Source: Mobula hypostoma (Eukaryota). From it: a stretch of DNA of 64,000 nucleotides. A program made the position numbers and the translations under genes. The notes below the pieces were generated by a model. The model had not been told where the DNA came from. It searched no databases and saw nothing but the letters and a program-made list of their open reading frames with translations. The stretch spans positions 79,610,001 to 79,674,000 of the forward strand of contig NC_086097.1 in the NCBI RefSeq assembly GCF_963921235.1. The letters are read 5' to 3'. Positions 37,248-50,159 of this stretch are shown piece by piece (within the stretch, counting starts at the first letter, position 1; every line of letters starts with the position of its first letter).

Positions 37248-39702
37248 CTACAATGGGTGGGGGTAAGTGTTAAAGACAGAAGAACGAAGAAATGTGAACT
37301 TAAAAAACAAATTAGGTGACTAATCACAATATGCAAAACATCTCATGCAATATTTCAAAATTACAGCTGTTGCACCAAACATAACCAGAGAAGTTGCCAA
37401 CTGCTCATACTCTTTGTTACAGCAGACAAGGTAATTTTGAATAAGAAACTTATTACATGTTTCTATTTTCCAAGATGGCCATTGGTATATTGTTATTTGT
37501 CAAAATAAGAATTTATCCTGCTGAAATATATTAAGTAAAATTTGTGGTATGATTGCTTTGTGAAAAATCTTGGTGAGAATTGGCAACATTGTGTTTATAA
37601 AGCTCATTAAATATACCAGTAAATTTGAAACTACTTGTTATTAGTGTTAATTATGATTACATCTGAACCAGTTTGACCAAGAGGTTGAAGGTCAGAATTC
37701 CTTTTGCTTCGTAGTAGTTTCAAAAATAAACTTTGCAATACAGAAAGCTAAATACAACTTTCAAACACTTTGTATTTCTTGACAAAACAATTAAAACTAA
37801 CAATTGCATCTATAATCAGAAATTACAGCACCCAAAGCAGAATTTACTAACCATGAAACAAGGCTTGTTGGTCGAGTTCACGGAAAACCCCATCACCAAA
37901 AAGGAAATATGAGATTTTTTTTTTGTGGTCTTCATATTCAAAAATGAGTACATAACCTAATTAGACTAAATTAAGTTGTATGACTTTTAAGCAGTGTATC
38001 TTAGGAAAAATGAATTTATTTTATTTTTAATATGTTAGTTCAGTTAAAGACCTTCTAATAATATATGAGAAAATGGATACATCAGAATCAAACATCAATA
38101 TTTCTGTTCATTAACAGCACTTAATTCTGGGTCTATGGCTGTTACTTTGAGTAATTACTTAGAATTTATTAAGAAAATTTAATTGAAATTATAGAAGTAA
38201 AGAAGATTACAGATTAGCTTTATATGTCACAAGTACATTGAAACATACTGTGAAATGTGTCATTTACACTGATATGCTGGGCCATACTTCCACTGCCAAC
38301 AACATTTGTGAATGAATATGCCCTCACAAAATCATTCAGTCTTCCCTAACCAGAAGCCTCAGATGAACCAAAAGATCCACAACCTGCTGAGGCTAGATTG
38401 GTGGAATTCAGGTCTGGTAACCAAGTAAAATAAGGAGGTCCAGGTATGACCTTTGGAAAGCCATCTCACATGTGAAGTGGCAAGTCTGGACCAAACTTGA
38501 ATCACAGAGGATGTTCGACAGCTGTGGCAGGGCTTGAATGCTATCACCTCCTACCAAGTAAAACAAAAGCGACATATGTGACAAGGTTTCTCTCCCAGGT
38601 GAGCACAATGCCTTTTATGCTCACTTTGACTGACAAAACATGGAGGCACCTTCACAAAATGCCATTGCCCCCAATGGTCCTATGATTTTAGAATCTGAGG
38701 TTGATGTGAGAGCATCCTTCAGGAGGGTGAACCCACAGAAAGCATCTTGTCCAGACTGTGTACCTGGCCAGGTACTGAAGACCTGTGTTAATCAACTGGC
38801 TGGAGTGTCACTGATGTTTTTAACCTCTCACTTTGGCAGTCTGAGATACCCATCTGCTTCAGCAGGGTCAATTATATTGTTGCCCAAGAAGTACACGGTA
38901 ACCTGCCTTAATGACTATCGTCCAGTAGCACTTATATCCACAGTGATGAAATGCTTTGAGAAACTGGAGTCTGAGGAATGACTTGGACCCGCTCCAGTTT
39001 GCCTACTGTCACAACCAGTCAACAGCTAATGCCATTTTATTGGCTTTTCATTTAACACTGGAACATCTGTACAGTGAAAGTGTATACATTAGGATGCTCT
39101 TTATTGACTACAACTCTGCATTCAACCCTATCATGACCTCAAAACCAACTCAATACTCTCTAAGACTTGGGCCTCAATATTTCCTTGTGCAACTGGATCC
39201 TCGATATCCTCATTTGCAGACTGCCAGTCAGTTCAGATTGGCAACAACATCTCCTCCACAATCACCACTAGCACCGATGCACCACAAGGTTGTGTGCTTA
39301 GCCCCCTGCTCTACTCACTTCACACTTATGACTGTGTGACTAAGTACAGCTCCAATGCCAGAGTTAAGTTTGATGATGACACCATTGTTGTTGGCTGGAT
39401 CAAAGGTGGTGACGAACCAGCATATAGGAGGGAGATTGAAAATCTAGCTTAATGGTGCCACAACAACAACCTCTCACTCAATGTCAGGAAAATGAAAGAG
39501 TTGATTATTGTCCATAAGAGGAGGAAACTGGATGACCATGAGCCAGTCCTCACCAGGGGATCAGAGGTGGAGAGAGTCAGCAACTTTAGATTCCTTGGCA
39601 TTATCAATTCAAAGGATCTATCCTGGGTGCAGTATGTAAGTGCCTATACAAAGAAGGCATGGCAACTTTCTGAGAAGTTTTGCGCAGATGTGCCATGTCA
39701 TT

Positions 39703-39918
39703 TAAAAATTGCTGGGGAACGCAGCAGGCCAGGCAGCATCTATAAGAAGAGGTACAGTCGACATTTTGGGCCGAGACCCTTCATCAGGACCTGACAAAGG
39801 GTCTCGGCCCGAAACATCGACTGTACCTCTTCCTATAGATGCTGCCTGGCTTGCTGCATTCCCCAGCAATTTTTACATGTGTTGCTTGAAATTCCAGCAT
39901 CTGCAGATTTCCTCATGT
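39703..39918. mobile_element. Palindromic Penelope pLTR insertion (two head-to-head hammerhead remnants)
   Basis: Arms 39703-39788 and 39790-39875 are near-perfect reverse complements around CAGG-A-CCTG. Confidence 0.92.
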
Positions 39919-39973
39919 TGGCATGTCATATACAAGTTTGACAGACTTCTGTAGATGTGCCATGGAGAGTATA

Positions 39974-41571
39974 CAGTGGTGTGCAAAAGTTTGGGCACCC
40001 CTGTTCAAAATTTCTGTTACTGTGAATAGTTAAGTGAGTAGAAGATGAACTGGTCTCCAAAAAAATTTCTTTTCAATACTTTAAGCAAGATTAGTGTATT
40101 ATTTTTGTTTTGTACAATTTTAGAGTGAAAAAAGGAAAGGAGCACCATGCAAAAGTTTAGGCACCCCAAGAGATCTGAGCTCTCAGATAACATTTACCAA
40201 GGTCTCAGACCTTAATTAGCTTGTGAGGCCTATGGCTTTTTCACAGTCATCGTCAGGAAAGGCCAGATGATGCAAATTTCAAAGCTTTATAAATACCCTG
40301 ACTCCTCAAATCTTGTCCCAACAATCAGCAGTCATGGGCTCCTTTAAGCAGCTGCCTAGCACTCTGAAAATTAAAATACAAAGTGTAAATGATGCCCACA
40401 AAGCAGGAGAAGGCTAAAAGAAGATAGCAAAGCGTTTTCTGGTAGCCGTTTCCTCAGTTCGTAATGTAATTAAGAAATGGCAGTTAACAGGAAGGGTGGA
40501 GGTCAAGTTGAGGTCTGGAAGACCAAGAAAACTTTTCGAGAGAACTGCTCGTAGGATTGCTAGAAAGGCAAATCAAAACCCCCGTTTGACTGCAAAAGAC
40601 CTTCAGGAAGATTGAGCAGACTCTGGAGTGGTGGTGCACTGTTCTACTGTGCAGCGACACCTGCACAAATATGACCTTCATGGAAGAGTCATCAGAAGAA
40701 AACCTTTCCTGCGTCCTCACCACAAAATTCAGCATCAGAAGTTTGCAAAGGAACATCTAAACAAGCCTGCTGCATTTTGGAAACAAGTCCTATGGACTGA
40801 TGAAGTTAAAATAGAACTTTTTGGCCGCAATGAGCAAAAGTATGTTTGGAGAAAAAAGGGTGCAGTATTTCATGAAAAGAACACTTCTCCAACGGTTAAG
40901 CATGGGGGTGGATCGATCATGCTTTGGGCTTGTGTTGCAGCCAGTGACACAGGGAACATTTACTGGTAGAGGGAAGAATGAATTCAATTAAATACCAGCA
41001 AATTCTGGAAGCAAACATCACACTGTCTGTAAAAAAGCTGAAGATGAAAAGAGGATGGCTTCTACAACAGGATAATGATCCTAAACACACCTCAAAATCC
41101 ACAATGGACTACCTCAAGAGGCACAAGCTGAAGGCTTTGTCATGGCCCTCACAGTCCCCCGACCTAAACATCATCGAAAATCTGTGGATAAACCTCAAAA
41201 GAGCAGTGCATGCAAGATGGCCCAGGGATCTCACAGAACGAGAAGCAAGGAATGGGCGAAAATCCCCCAAATAAAGAATTGAAATTAGCTGGCTACAAAA
41301 AGTGTTTACAAGCTGTGATACTTGCCAAAGGGGGCGTTACTAAGTACTGCCATGCAGGGTGCCCAAACTTTTGCTTCAGGCCCTTTTCCTTTTTTGTTAT
41401 TTTGAAACTGTAAAAGATGGAAATAAAAAAAAGTTTCCTTGCTTAAAATATTAAAGAAATGTATCATCTTTAACTTTATGCCTTTTGAAAATCAGTTCAT
41501 CTTCTACTCACTTAACTATTCACAGTAACCAAAATTTTGACCAGGGATTCCCAAACTTTTGCATGCCACTG
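39974..41571 (+). mobile_element. Full-length Tc1 (IR/DR type) DNA transposon
   Basis: TA TSDs at 39972-39973 and 41572-41573; TIRs CAGTGG..TGCAAAAGTTTGGG; inner repeats near 40148-40167 and 41357-41373; ~1.6 kb. Confidence 0.95.
40334..41350 (+). pseudogene. Tc1 DD34E transposase, disrupted
   Basis: WTDE, KHGGGSIMLW, QQDNDPKH and SPDLNIIENLW; 34 residues between the second D and E; several stops and frameshifts. Confidence 0.93.
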
Positions 41572-42120
41572 TACATTGGTTGCATCATGGCCTGGTCTGG
41601 AAACAACAATGCCATGAAATGGAAAAGCCTATAAAAAGTAGTGGATACAGCCTAGTCCGATTACGGGTAAAGCCCTCAGCACCATTTAGCACATCTACAT
41701 GGAGCACTGTCACAGGAAAGCAGTATCCATCACTAAGGACCCCCACACCCAACATCCAGGCTATGCTCTCTTCTTGCTGCTGCTATTAGGAAAAAAGCAC
41801 AGAAGTCTTAGGTTCCACACCACCAGGTTCAGGAACAGTTATTACGACTCAAATATCAGGGTCTTAAACCAGAGTGGATAACTTCACTCACCCCAACATT
41901 GAATTGACTCCACAACCTATGGACTCACCTTCAAGGTCACTACAACTCACATTCACAACAGCATTAATTAATTAATTAACACCCCCCCCCCCCTTTTGTA
42001 TTTGTACAATTTGTTGCCTTCTGTACTTTAGTTGTTTGGCTTTGCTGTGTGCAGATTTTCATTGATTCTATTGTTTCTTTGTATTTACTCTGAATGCCCA
42101 CAAGAAAATGAAGCTTCGAC

Positions 42121-44990
42121 TATAAGACATAGGAGCAGAATTAGGCCATTAAGCTCCGCCACTCCATCATGGCTGATCCCAGATCCCACTCAATGCTATA
42201 CACCTGCCTTCACTCCATAACCTTTGATACCTTTACCAATCAGGAAACTACCAATTTTCACTTTAAATATATCTACAGTCTCGGCCTCCATGGCTCTCTG
42301 TGGTAGAGCATTCTGCTGATTCACTACTCTCTGGCTAAAAAGTTCCTTCTTACTTCTAAAGGGCTGCCCCTCATTTTGAGATTGTGCCCTCCAGTTCTGG
42401 ACACCTCAACCGCAGGAAACATCCTCTCTATATCCACCTTATCAAGTTCTTTCAACATTCAATAGGTTTCAATTAGATTCCCCCGCATTCTTCTAATTTC
42501 CAGTGAGTACAGGCCCAAAGCTGCCAATTGCTCCTCAAATGTTAACACCTTAATTTCCGGAGTCATCCTTGTGAACCTCCTCTGATATCTCTCCAATGAC
42601 AGCACATCATTTCTGAGATATGAGGCCCAAAACTGTTGACAATACTCCAAATGCAGCCTGACTAGTCTCTTATAAAATCTCAGCATTATCTCCTTGCTTT
42701 TATATTCTATTCCCCTTGAAATGAATGCCAACTTTGTATTTGCCTTCTTTACCACAGATTTAACCTGTAAATTAACATTCTGGGAGTCTTGCACGAGGAT
42801 TCCTAAGTCCTTTTCAACCTCTGATGTTTGAATTTTCTCCCCAATAAGATAATAGTTTGCACTTTTGTTCCTTTTACCAAAATGCATTATCATACACTTT
42901 CCTGTATTCCATCTGCCACTTTTTTGCCCATTCTTTCAATATGTTTAAGTCATGCTACAATGCATTGCTTCCTCAGCCCTACCTACCCCTCCATCTGTCT
43001 TCGTAACATCTGCAAACTTTGCCACAAAACCATCAATTCCATTATCTAAATCACTGACAAAACAAATTTGAAAAGTAGCGGTCCCAATACTGAACCCTGA
43101 GGAACACCACTAGTCACTGGCAGCCAACCAGAAAAGACCCCATTTATTCCCACTCACTGCATCCTGCCTGTTAGTTATTCCTCTATCCATCTTTCTTGTA
43201 ATGCCATGGGATTTTATCTTGTTAAACACCCTCATATGTGGCACCTTATCAAATGTCTTCTGAAATTCCAAGTAAATTATGTCCACTGTCTCTCCTTTGT
43301 CCATCCTGCTTGTTACTTCCTTGAAGAACTCTAAAAGATTTGTCAGGCAAGATTTCCCTTGACAGAAACCATGCTGACTTTGGTTTATTTTATCATTAGT
43401 CGTCAAGTACCTTGAAACCTCATCCTTAATAATAGACTCCAACATTTTCCCAACCACTGAGGTTAGTCTAACTGGCCTATAATTTCCTTTCTTTTGTCTT
43501 CCTCCCTTCTTAAAGAGTGGAGTGACACTTGCAATTTTCCAGTCCTCCGGAACCATGCCAGAATCAAGTGATTCTAGAAAGATCATAACCAATGCATCTG
43601 CTACCTCTTCAGCAACCTCTTTCAGAATGCTGGGATGTAGTCCAACTGGTCCAGGTCGCTTATCCACCTTAAGACCTTTCAACTTGCCTACCACCTTTTT
43701 CTTTGTAATAGCAAAGGCACTCACTCCTGGTCCTGACACTCACAGACCTCTGGCACACTGCTAGTATCCTCCATAATGAAGACTGATGCAAAGTACTGAT
43801 TAAGTTCATCTGCCATTTCTTTGTCCCCCATTACTACCTCACCAGCATCATTTTCCAGAGGTCTACTAACAACTCTCACCTCCCTTTTTATATAATTGAA
43901 AAAAACTTTTAGTATCCTGCTTTATATTATTGGCTAATTTGCCCTCATATTTCATCTTTTCCTTTCTTACGGCTTTTTTAGTTGCCTTTCGTTGGATTCT
44001 AAAAACTTACCCCTCACTTTTGCTACCTTATATGTCCTTTCCTTGGCTTTTATGCAGTCCTTAACTTCCCTTGTCAGCTACGGTTGCCTACCCCTGCCAT
44101 TTGAAAACAACTTCTTCTGTGGGACATTTCTATCCTGCGCCTCGTGAACTATTCCCAGAAACTCCAGCCACCTCTGTTCTGGTGTCATCCCCGCCAGTAT
44201 CCCCCTCCAATCCACCTGGGCAAGCTTCTCTTTCATGTTTCTGTAATTCCCTTTATTCCATTGTGATACTGATACATGTGACTTCTGCTTCTCCTTCTCA
44301 AATTGCAGTATGAATTCAATTATATTGTGATCATTGCTTCCTAAGGGTTCACTTTTCTTAAACTCCCTAATAAAATCTGGGTTATTACACAATACCCAAT
44401 CTAAGATAGACTTTCCCTGAGCAGGCTCAAGCACAAACTGCTCTAAAAAGCAATCTCGTAGGCATTCAATAAATTTCCTCTCCTTCAATCTGACGACAAT
44501 CTGATTTTCCCAATCCTCCATTATAAATATGACATTACCTTTATTACATGCTCTTTCCAGCTTGCTTTGCAATCTCAACCTCCCATCTTAGCTACTATTT
44601 GGAGGCCTATATATGATTCCCATAATAGGTTTTTTACCCTTGCAGTTTCTTAACTCCACCCACAAAGATTCAACATTCTCTGACCCAATGTTACCTCTTT
44701 CTAAAGATGTAAATCCATTTCATACCAACAGAGCCACACCATCGCCTATGCCTTCCTGCCTGCCCTTTTGATACAAAGTATATCCTTTGATATTAAGTTC
44801 CCAACTATGACCTTCTTTCAGCCACAACACAGTGATGCCCACAATGTCATACTGACCAATCTCTAATTGTGCCACAAGTTCATTCACCTTATTCCGAACA
44901 CTACAAGCATTTAAATACTGCGCCTTCAGACCTGCATACTTTGTCCTTTTGAAATTTGCATCTGTGGTACAATTTAACTCTTTGCACTGG
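42121..44990 (-). mobile_element. Decayed CR1 LINE (ORF2 + 3' end)
   Basis: NYRPVRLTSVVGK, QHGFCQGKSCLTNLLEFF, LGSNDHN and LVRLHLEYCQQFW. Confidence 0.92.
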
Positions 44991-45096
44991 TGATTTAATA
45001 GCTATGGAGTGGGGGATGATTTTTGTAAATAAAAGCAGGTGTTAAAATGTTAAAGCAGGTGATTTTTCCTCTGTTACCAACAAGAACGTATTCCAA

Positions 45097-45610
45097 TAAA
45101 ACAAAAAGCAGAATGCTGGAAGAACTTAGTGTGTCAATCTGCATCTGAAGAGGGAAAAGATGGAAGTCAATCAGGACTAAGAGGGTAGAAAAAAGATTGC
45201 AAATATATAGTAGTACAAAGTAAGAATATGACATAGGCTGGTAAGTGATAGGAGTAGCTAAATAGTGTGGGTGCAGGGGGTTGAAGATGACTAGATGCAA
45301 CTTAGTGGGGAAGGGGCAGGGGAAGTGAACAAAGTGAGAAGTAACCTAGGTAGACAAGTGACTGTGAGTGGAAAAATCATGGGTTACCTAAAAGTTGACC
45401 ATTCAGCATTCTCATCATTGGTTTGTATGCTACCGAAGTGGAATAGGAGATATCATTCCAATTTGTGTTTGGCCTCACTGTGGCAGAGAAGTCCAAGGAC
45501 AACAGGTTGGTATGGGAATTGAAAGAAGAGTTAAAATGACATACAAATAGAAGTTTAAGATGACCATTGAGGATAGACCCCAGATGGTCTGCAAAACAGT
45601 CTCCCAGTTT
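45097..45610 (-). mobile_element. Old Penelope 3' fragment (GIY-YIG end + pLTR)
   Basis: KLGDCFADHLGSI...CHFNSS aligns with RLGDRFAEHLRSV...THFNST of the 56417 ORF. Confidence 0.7.
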
Positions 45611-45990
45611 CAAAGGGACATTTAATGTCAGAGAAATGTGTACAATATACATCCTGAAATGCTTTTTCTTCGCAACCATCCACAAAAACAGTGCCCCAAA
45701 GAATAAATGACAGTTAAGTGTTAGAACCCCAAAGTCTCCCCCAGCTCCCCTCTCTCCTGTGTATAAGCGGCAGCAAGCAACGATCCCCCCTCTCCCCACT
45801 GGCAAAAAAAAGCATCGGCACCCACCACTGAGCACTCAAGCGTGCAGAAGAAGCAACAATAAAGACACAGACTTGCAGTACTCCAAAGACTACGCGTTCA
45901 CCTGGTATTCGACATACCACAGGCTCTCTCTCTCCCTAATAAGGGAGAAAGAGATGTCTCCGTTTCACAGCATGAAGGGAGACAAACTTG
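45611..45990 (-). repeat. Unclassified interspersed-repeat-like segment abutting the old Penelope
   Basis: Composition shift; begins CAAAGGGACATTTAATGTCAGAG, resembling the reverse-complemented LINE tails at 5875 and 11572. Confidence 0.4.
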
Positions 45991-48319
45991 GTTTCACCAT
46001 TCTGAGGTTTAAAGAAAATAAATTTAGGCAAGTTATGAAAAAAAACTTCGTAAATCTGCCTCCATCTTTATATAACATTAACTGTTCAGTTTAATTTTAC
46101 AAAACATTGTAAATGGAGTATAATGATATTAACTCATTCTGAATTTGACCAAGATGAAAGAGATTTTCAATCTCTTCCATCACCTTAAGAAATGGCTGAT
46201 ATGATATATTTTAGAAATTCATTTTTCATCATTACTGCCAATATTTGAGCGTCTTGGCTACCTGCTGCACTCACCTCCACATATCTGATTCAATAAAAGC
46301 TACAGAGCTGCTCCTGAAGTTTGTAACCAACCTGCACCTGATATTCACAGGTATATTTAGCATTATCATCTAATGATGGATTTTCATTCTGGGACAAGAA
46401 ATTGAACCTAAACAGCTGCTTTTAAAAGAAAGTTAAACACTCTTCATATCAGATTTTAATAGATATTTCTATCATAATTATTGGCTGGCTGAAAAAGTTT
46501 TCTTCACTCTATGCTCTGATTCTTGATTCATCAGAACAATACAGATCTGATTCCTCCACTGTAGGAGCACTTGCCTTTACCCATACAGTGCTGTTTTAAC
46601 TGATCAGCAGGCACACAGTCTGTGATTTATCTTTATCATTTCCAGTACAGTTGCTACTGCTCCTGACAGATTCTTCAACACTTCCAAAAAACTTTTGAAG
46701 TCAACTGGATTATTGGTATGGCAGCATCAAAAACATTACACACTGCACCGGAATACAACTTTACTTCTTCTAATGATCCACAGTATCATTGATGCCCAGC
46801 TGAGTTAATTGGAGCGCTCCTGGAAAGATGCATCTCTGTCAATTACATTGGAGAGAAGACGGTCTGTTATGACTTTGGTTTTCTCACAGAGCCTATGTAG
46901 TTGCTGCTTTTTCCGGTGAGAGCAATGTTGAGGCTTCTGGTTTAAGATGGAGCAGGTGAAACTCAGTGACTTCTGGATGATGGTCAATGAAACAAAGAAA
47001 ACAACCAAAATACTTTGTTACTCACTTTTTTTCTGGTAAATGACCATTGCAAACAATGGCCTAGCTAACCCCAATTTTTCTTTGAAGCGGGTAGCTGCTG
47101 GAGTACAGGGTTCCTGAATCTGAATTGTAAGAACTTACAGACTAGACTGGCTACTTGTATTTCCAAATACTAAAGACAATCCAGGAAATACAATGGAGTA
47201 TAAACTGAAGACTGAAGGAAGATGCAAAGTGATGAAAACATTATGCAGTGATTTTAATTCCCTTTATATACCATTGATACATTTTCTAGGGAAAACTGTC
47301 TCTGGCACAAAAACATCAATAGCCAGACAGTGATAAAATAAGATGTAAATGTACACATGGTCACATTCAAGATATTCCTTAAAGGAAAAATAAAATATCA
47401 TTTATTTGTTTAAGAATAAAATATTAAATCATTTTGTGGTATTGCATACATAATGATTAAGCACGATTACATTAATCTTATTGAGAGAATTTGAGAATAA
47501 GCAGGTGGTGGAGGCTATGTAAGGAAGCCAGCACATGAGCAAAGTCTTAAGGGAGACAAGAAAGGAAAGCAGACAGAAACAAGAGGAGAAAACAGCAAAA
47601 CTGAGGCATGTGGAAGAGGAGTGGTAAGATGTTGGGTAGAAGTTTGAAGTAGATCCCCCTTTAGATCTAGGATTTTTCCATTGAACATGGTGAGGACCAG
47701 TAATTCATTAAGTTTTAATATTCCTGTGGCGTATCTATCAATCAGTTGCCTTTATTGTAGCCACATGATTTGATAACTATTTAGCAACTAACCACCAACA
47801 TTTCCCGATCTCTCCAACCGATGAAAGGCAGAGCAGATTAGAAGGGCCAAATGGCCTATTTTTGTTCCTACTTCTGTTGCTCTTGGTACATTCCTACTGA
47901 GGCAACCTGCTAACTATGTTCAGTTATTTTCCCTTTCTTCAACAAGGCTGACTCCTGATTTACTGCTGCAGATATATCTTTTAGAAACAAATTTCTAAGA
48001 CCAAATGATAAAATTAACCATGAAAGCATTAAAATTTAAGTAAAATTTCCTTGTGCTAATTTGTGGCATTCATGATTTGTGGCCAAGAAAAGGAATACTT
48101 TAGTATTGAGCATCCTTCAAATAAGTCTTTTTATTAATATGTAAATTCACTCAGTCAATACAAGTTTGTATAAAGAAATTTTAGAACTTTTCAACTATTT
48201 ACCAATATATATATCAAAGTTATTGAATCTGCATCCATCTCTCTTTCAAGCAAACTGGTTAGAAAATATTTTTGGATGCTTTTTTTTCAGATTTTTTTCC
48301 AATTAGTACAAATCTGCAC

Positions 48320-49590
48320 TAATCCAGTGGCATTAACATCAATCATAATGAAATGCTTTGAGCGGCTGGTCACAGAGCACATTAAAGCCTTTCTCCTGGC
48401 TTATTGGGAACTTTCCAGTTCGCTTATCATTCAAATCGATCCACTGATGATGCAATATTCTAGAAGCTGGTGAGGAAACTGTCTTCACTGGGTCTCAACA
48501 CCTCCCCCTGCAATTGGATACTGGACTTTTTAACAGTAAGGCCACAGTCAATCTGTGCGGGCAGCGAGTCTCATCCCATTACGCTGAGCACTGGCGCTTC
48601 CCAGGGCTGTGTGCTCAGCTCGCTGCTGTTCACACTGCTGACACATGACTGTGTCGCAGGATCCAGCTCAAACCATGTCATTGAGTTTGCAGATGACACC
48701 ATAATGGTTCACCTTATCAAGAACGATGATGAGACAGAGTATAGAGAGGAGGTAGAGCGGCTGGTGGATTGGTGCCAAAAGAACAACCTAAGCCTGAATA
48801 GAAAAGACAAAGGAAATTATTGTGGACTTCGGGAAGATGCAGATGAACCATCCCCTTCTGCAAATAATGGCTCCTCCGTAGAGAGGGTTAGGTGTACCGT
48901 TTCAAGCTCACATCATGGATGACCTCACCTAGTCCCTTAATATCATCACCCCGAACAAGGCAGCACAGTAGTGCCTCCACTTCCTAAGAAGATTGAGGCA
49001 AGAAAGGCACCCCCCACCCATCTTAACTGTATTTTATAGGAGCACCATTGACAGCATCTCTAAATGGTATGAGAACAGTTGACTATTGGACTAGAAGTCC
49101 CTACAAAGGACAGTAAGAACAACTGAGAGGACAATAGGGCTCTCCCTACCATCCACTGGGGACATTTATCATGAGTGCTGCATACGCAGGGCCCTTAGTA
49201 CTATTAAGGATCCCACCCATCCATCCTCTTTGACTTTCTATCATCAGGCAGGAGACTACAGTGAATGAAAACAAGGACGGTCAGGATGAGAAACAGTTTC
49301 TTTCCACAGGCTATTAGGCTTCTGAACTCCCTGCCCTATTGTAGTCAAATTGTCACTGGTTAGTCTGTTCCCTACCTTATAATATTTAATACTAAAGCAC
49401 TTCAGTTTGTTATTTATGTGCGATTCATCTGTAGATTTTATCCTTATCTTGGTAATTTATCGTGTATTGTGTGTACTACTTTGCTTTACACCCTGGTCCG
49501 AAGAATGTTGTCTCGTTTTGATATACATTATATGGTTATATACGCTACATACATGTATATAACTAAATGACAATAAACTTGACTTCACCT
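48320..49590 (+). mobile_element. Decayed Rex1/Babar LINE (RT C-terminal half + 3' UTR)
   Basis: [39 protein letters not shown] and tail AATAAACTTGACTT. Confidence 0.9.
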
Positions 49591-49923
49591 GATTTCATCT
49601 GTACCTTCTGATTTCCAACATCTGTCACTAGAGTAGTTTCTGTTTATTGTTTAATTTCAAACAATAAACAGAAACTATCATCTAATTTTCACCCTTTTCA
49701 ATTTAAAGAGAACAATCTCAATTCTTTCTCCATTACAACTGATTTTCAGTCAATTTCTGTACTTCCTTCATGACATTAACATTCTTCCAAAAACATGTTG
49801 GCTAAAACTGGACACAATATTTCTGCTGAGCTTGATGCAATGATTAAAAATATTTGGTATAACTTCTTGCTTCAGTATGTGCTTCCTCTATACAAAAAAA
49901 AACTAGATTTTTTAGAACCTTAC

Positions 49924-50159
49924 TGCTGTGTTTTATAATTTCAAAAATTAAAACTAATTGAATGAAAAACATGGAGCCTGGGATAACTTGTGTACTTATT
50001 TTTACTTTAGTGACCCGCACACTTATGGCGTGGTGGCGTAATGATGAAGACCATTCATGACTTTTACATATAACCCACAAAGAATTATGTAAACAATGAA
50101 GAATGCTTAATCAAATATATTTGCAATATCATTCAAATATTACTGAAATATTAAATACA
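49924..50159 (-). repeat. Gypsy 3' LTR
   Basis: TG...CA; aligns with 54456-54694; adjacent purine tract AAGCAGGGAA on the minus strand. Confidence 0.85.

Larger units (their letters stand above)
38330..42111 (+). mobile_element. Decayed Rex1/Babar LINE interrupted by a Penelope palindrome and a Tc1
   Basis: [45 protein letters not shown] and HPGYALFLLL...TTRFRNSY in order. Confidence 0.9.

Noticed and set aside
46260..47010. Unique-looking region with a GAG/GTGAGT donor and a 67-aa ORF
   Set aside because: The candidate acceptors give a stop or frameshift, and there is no match to gephyrin sequence I can recall.
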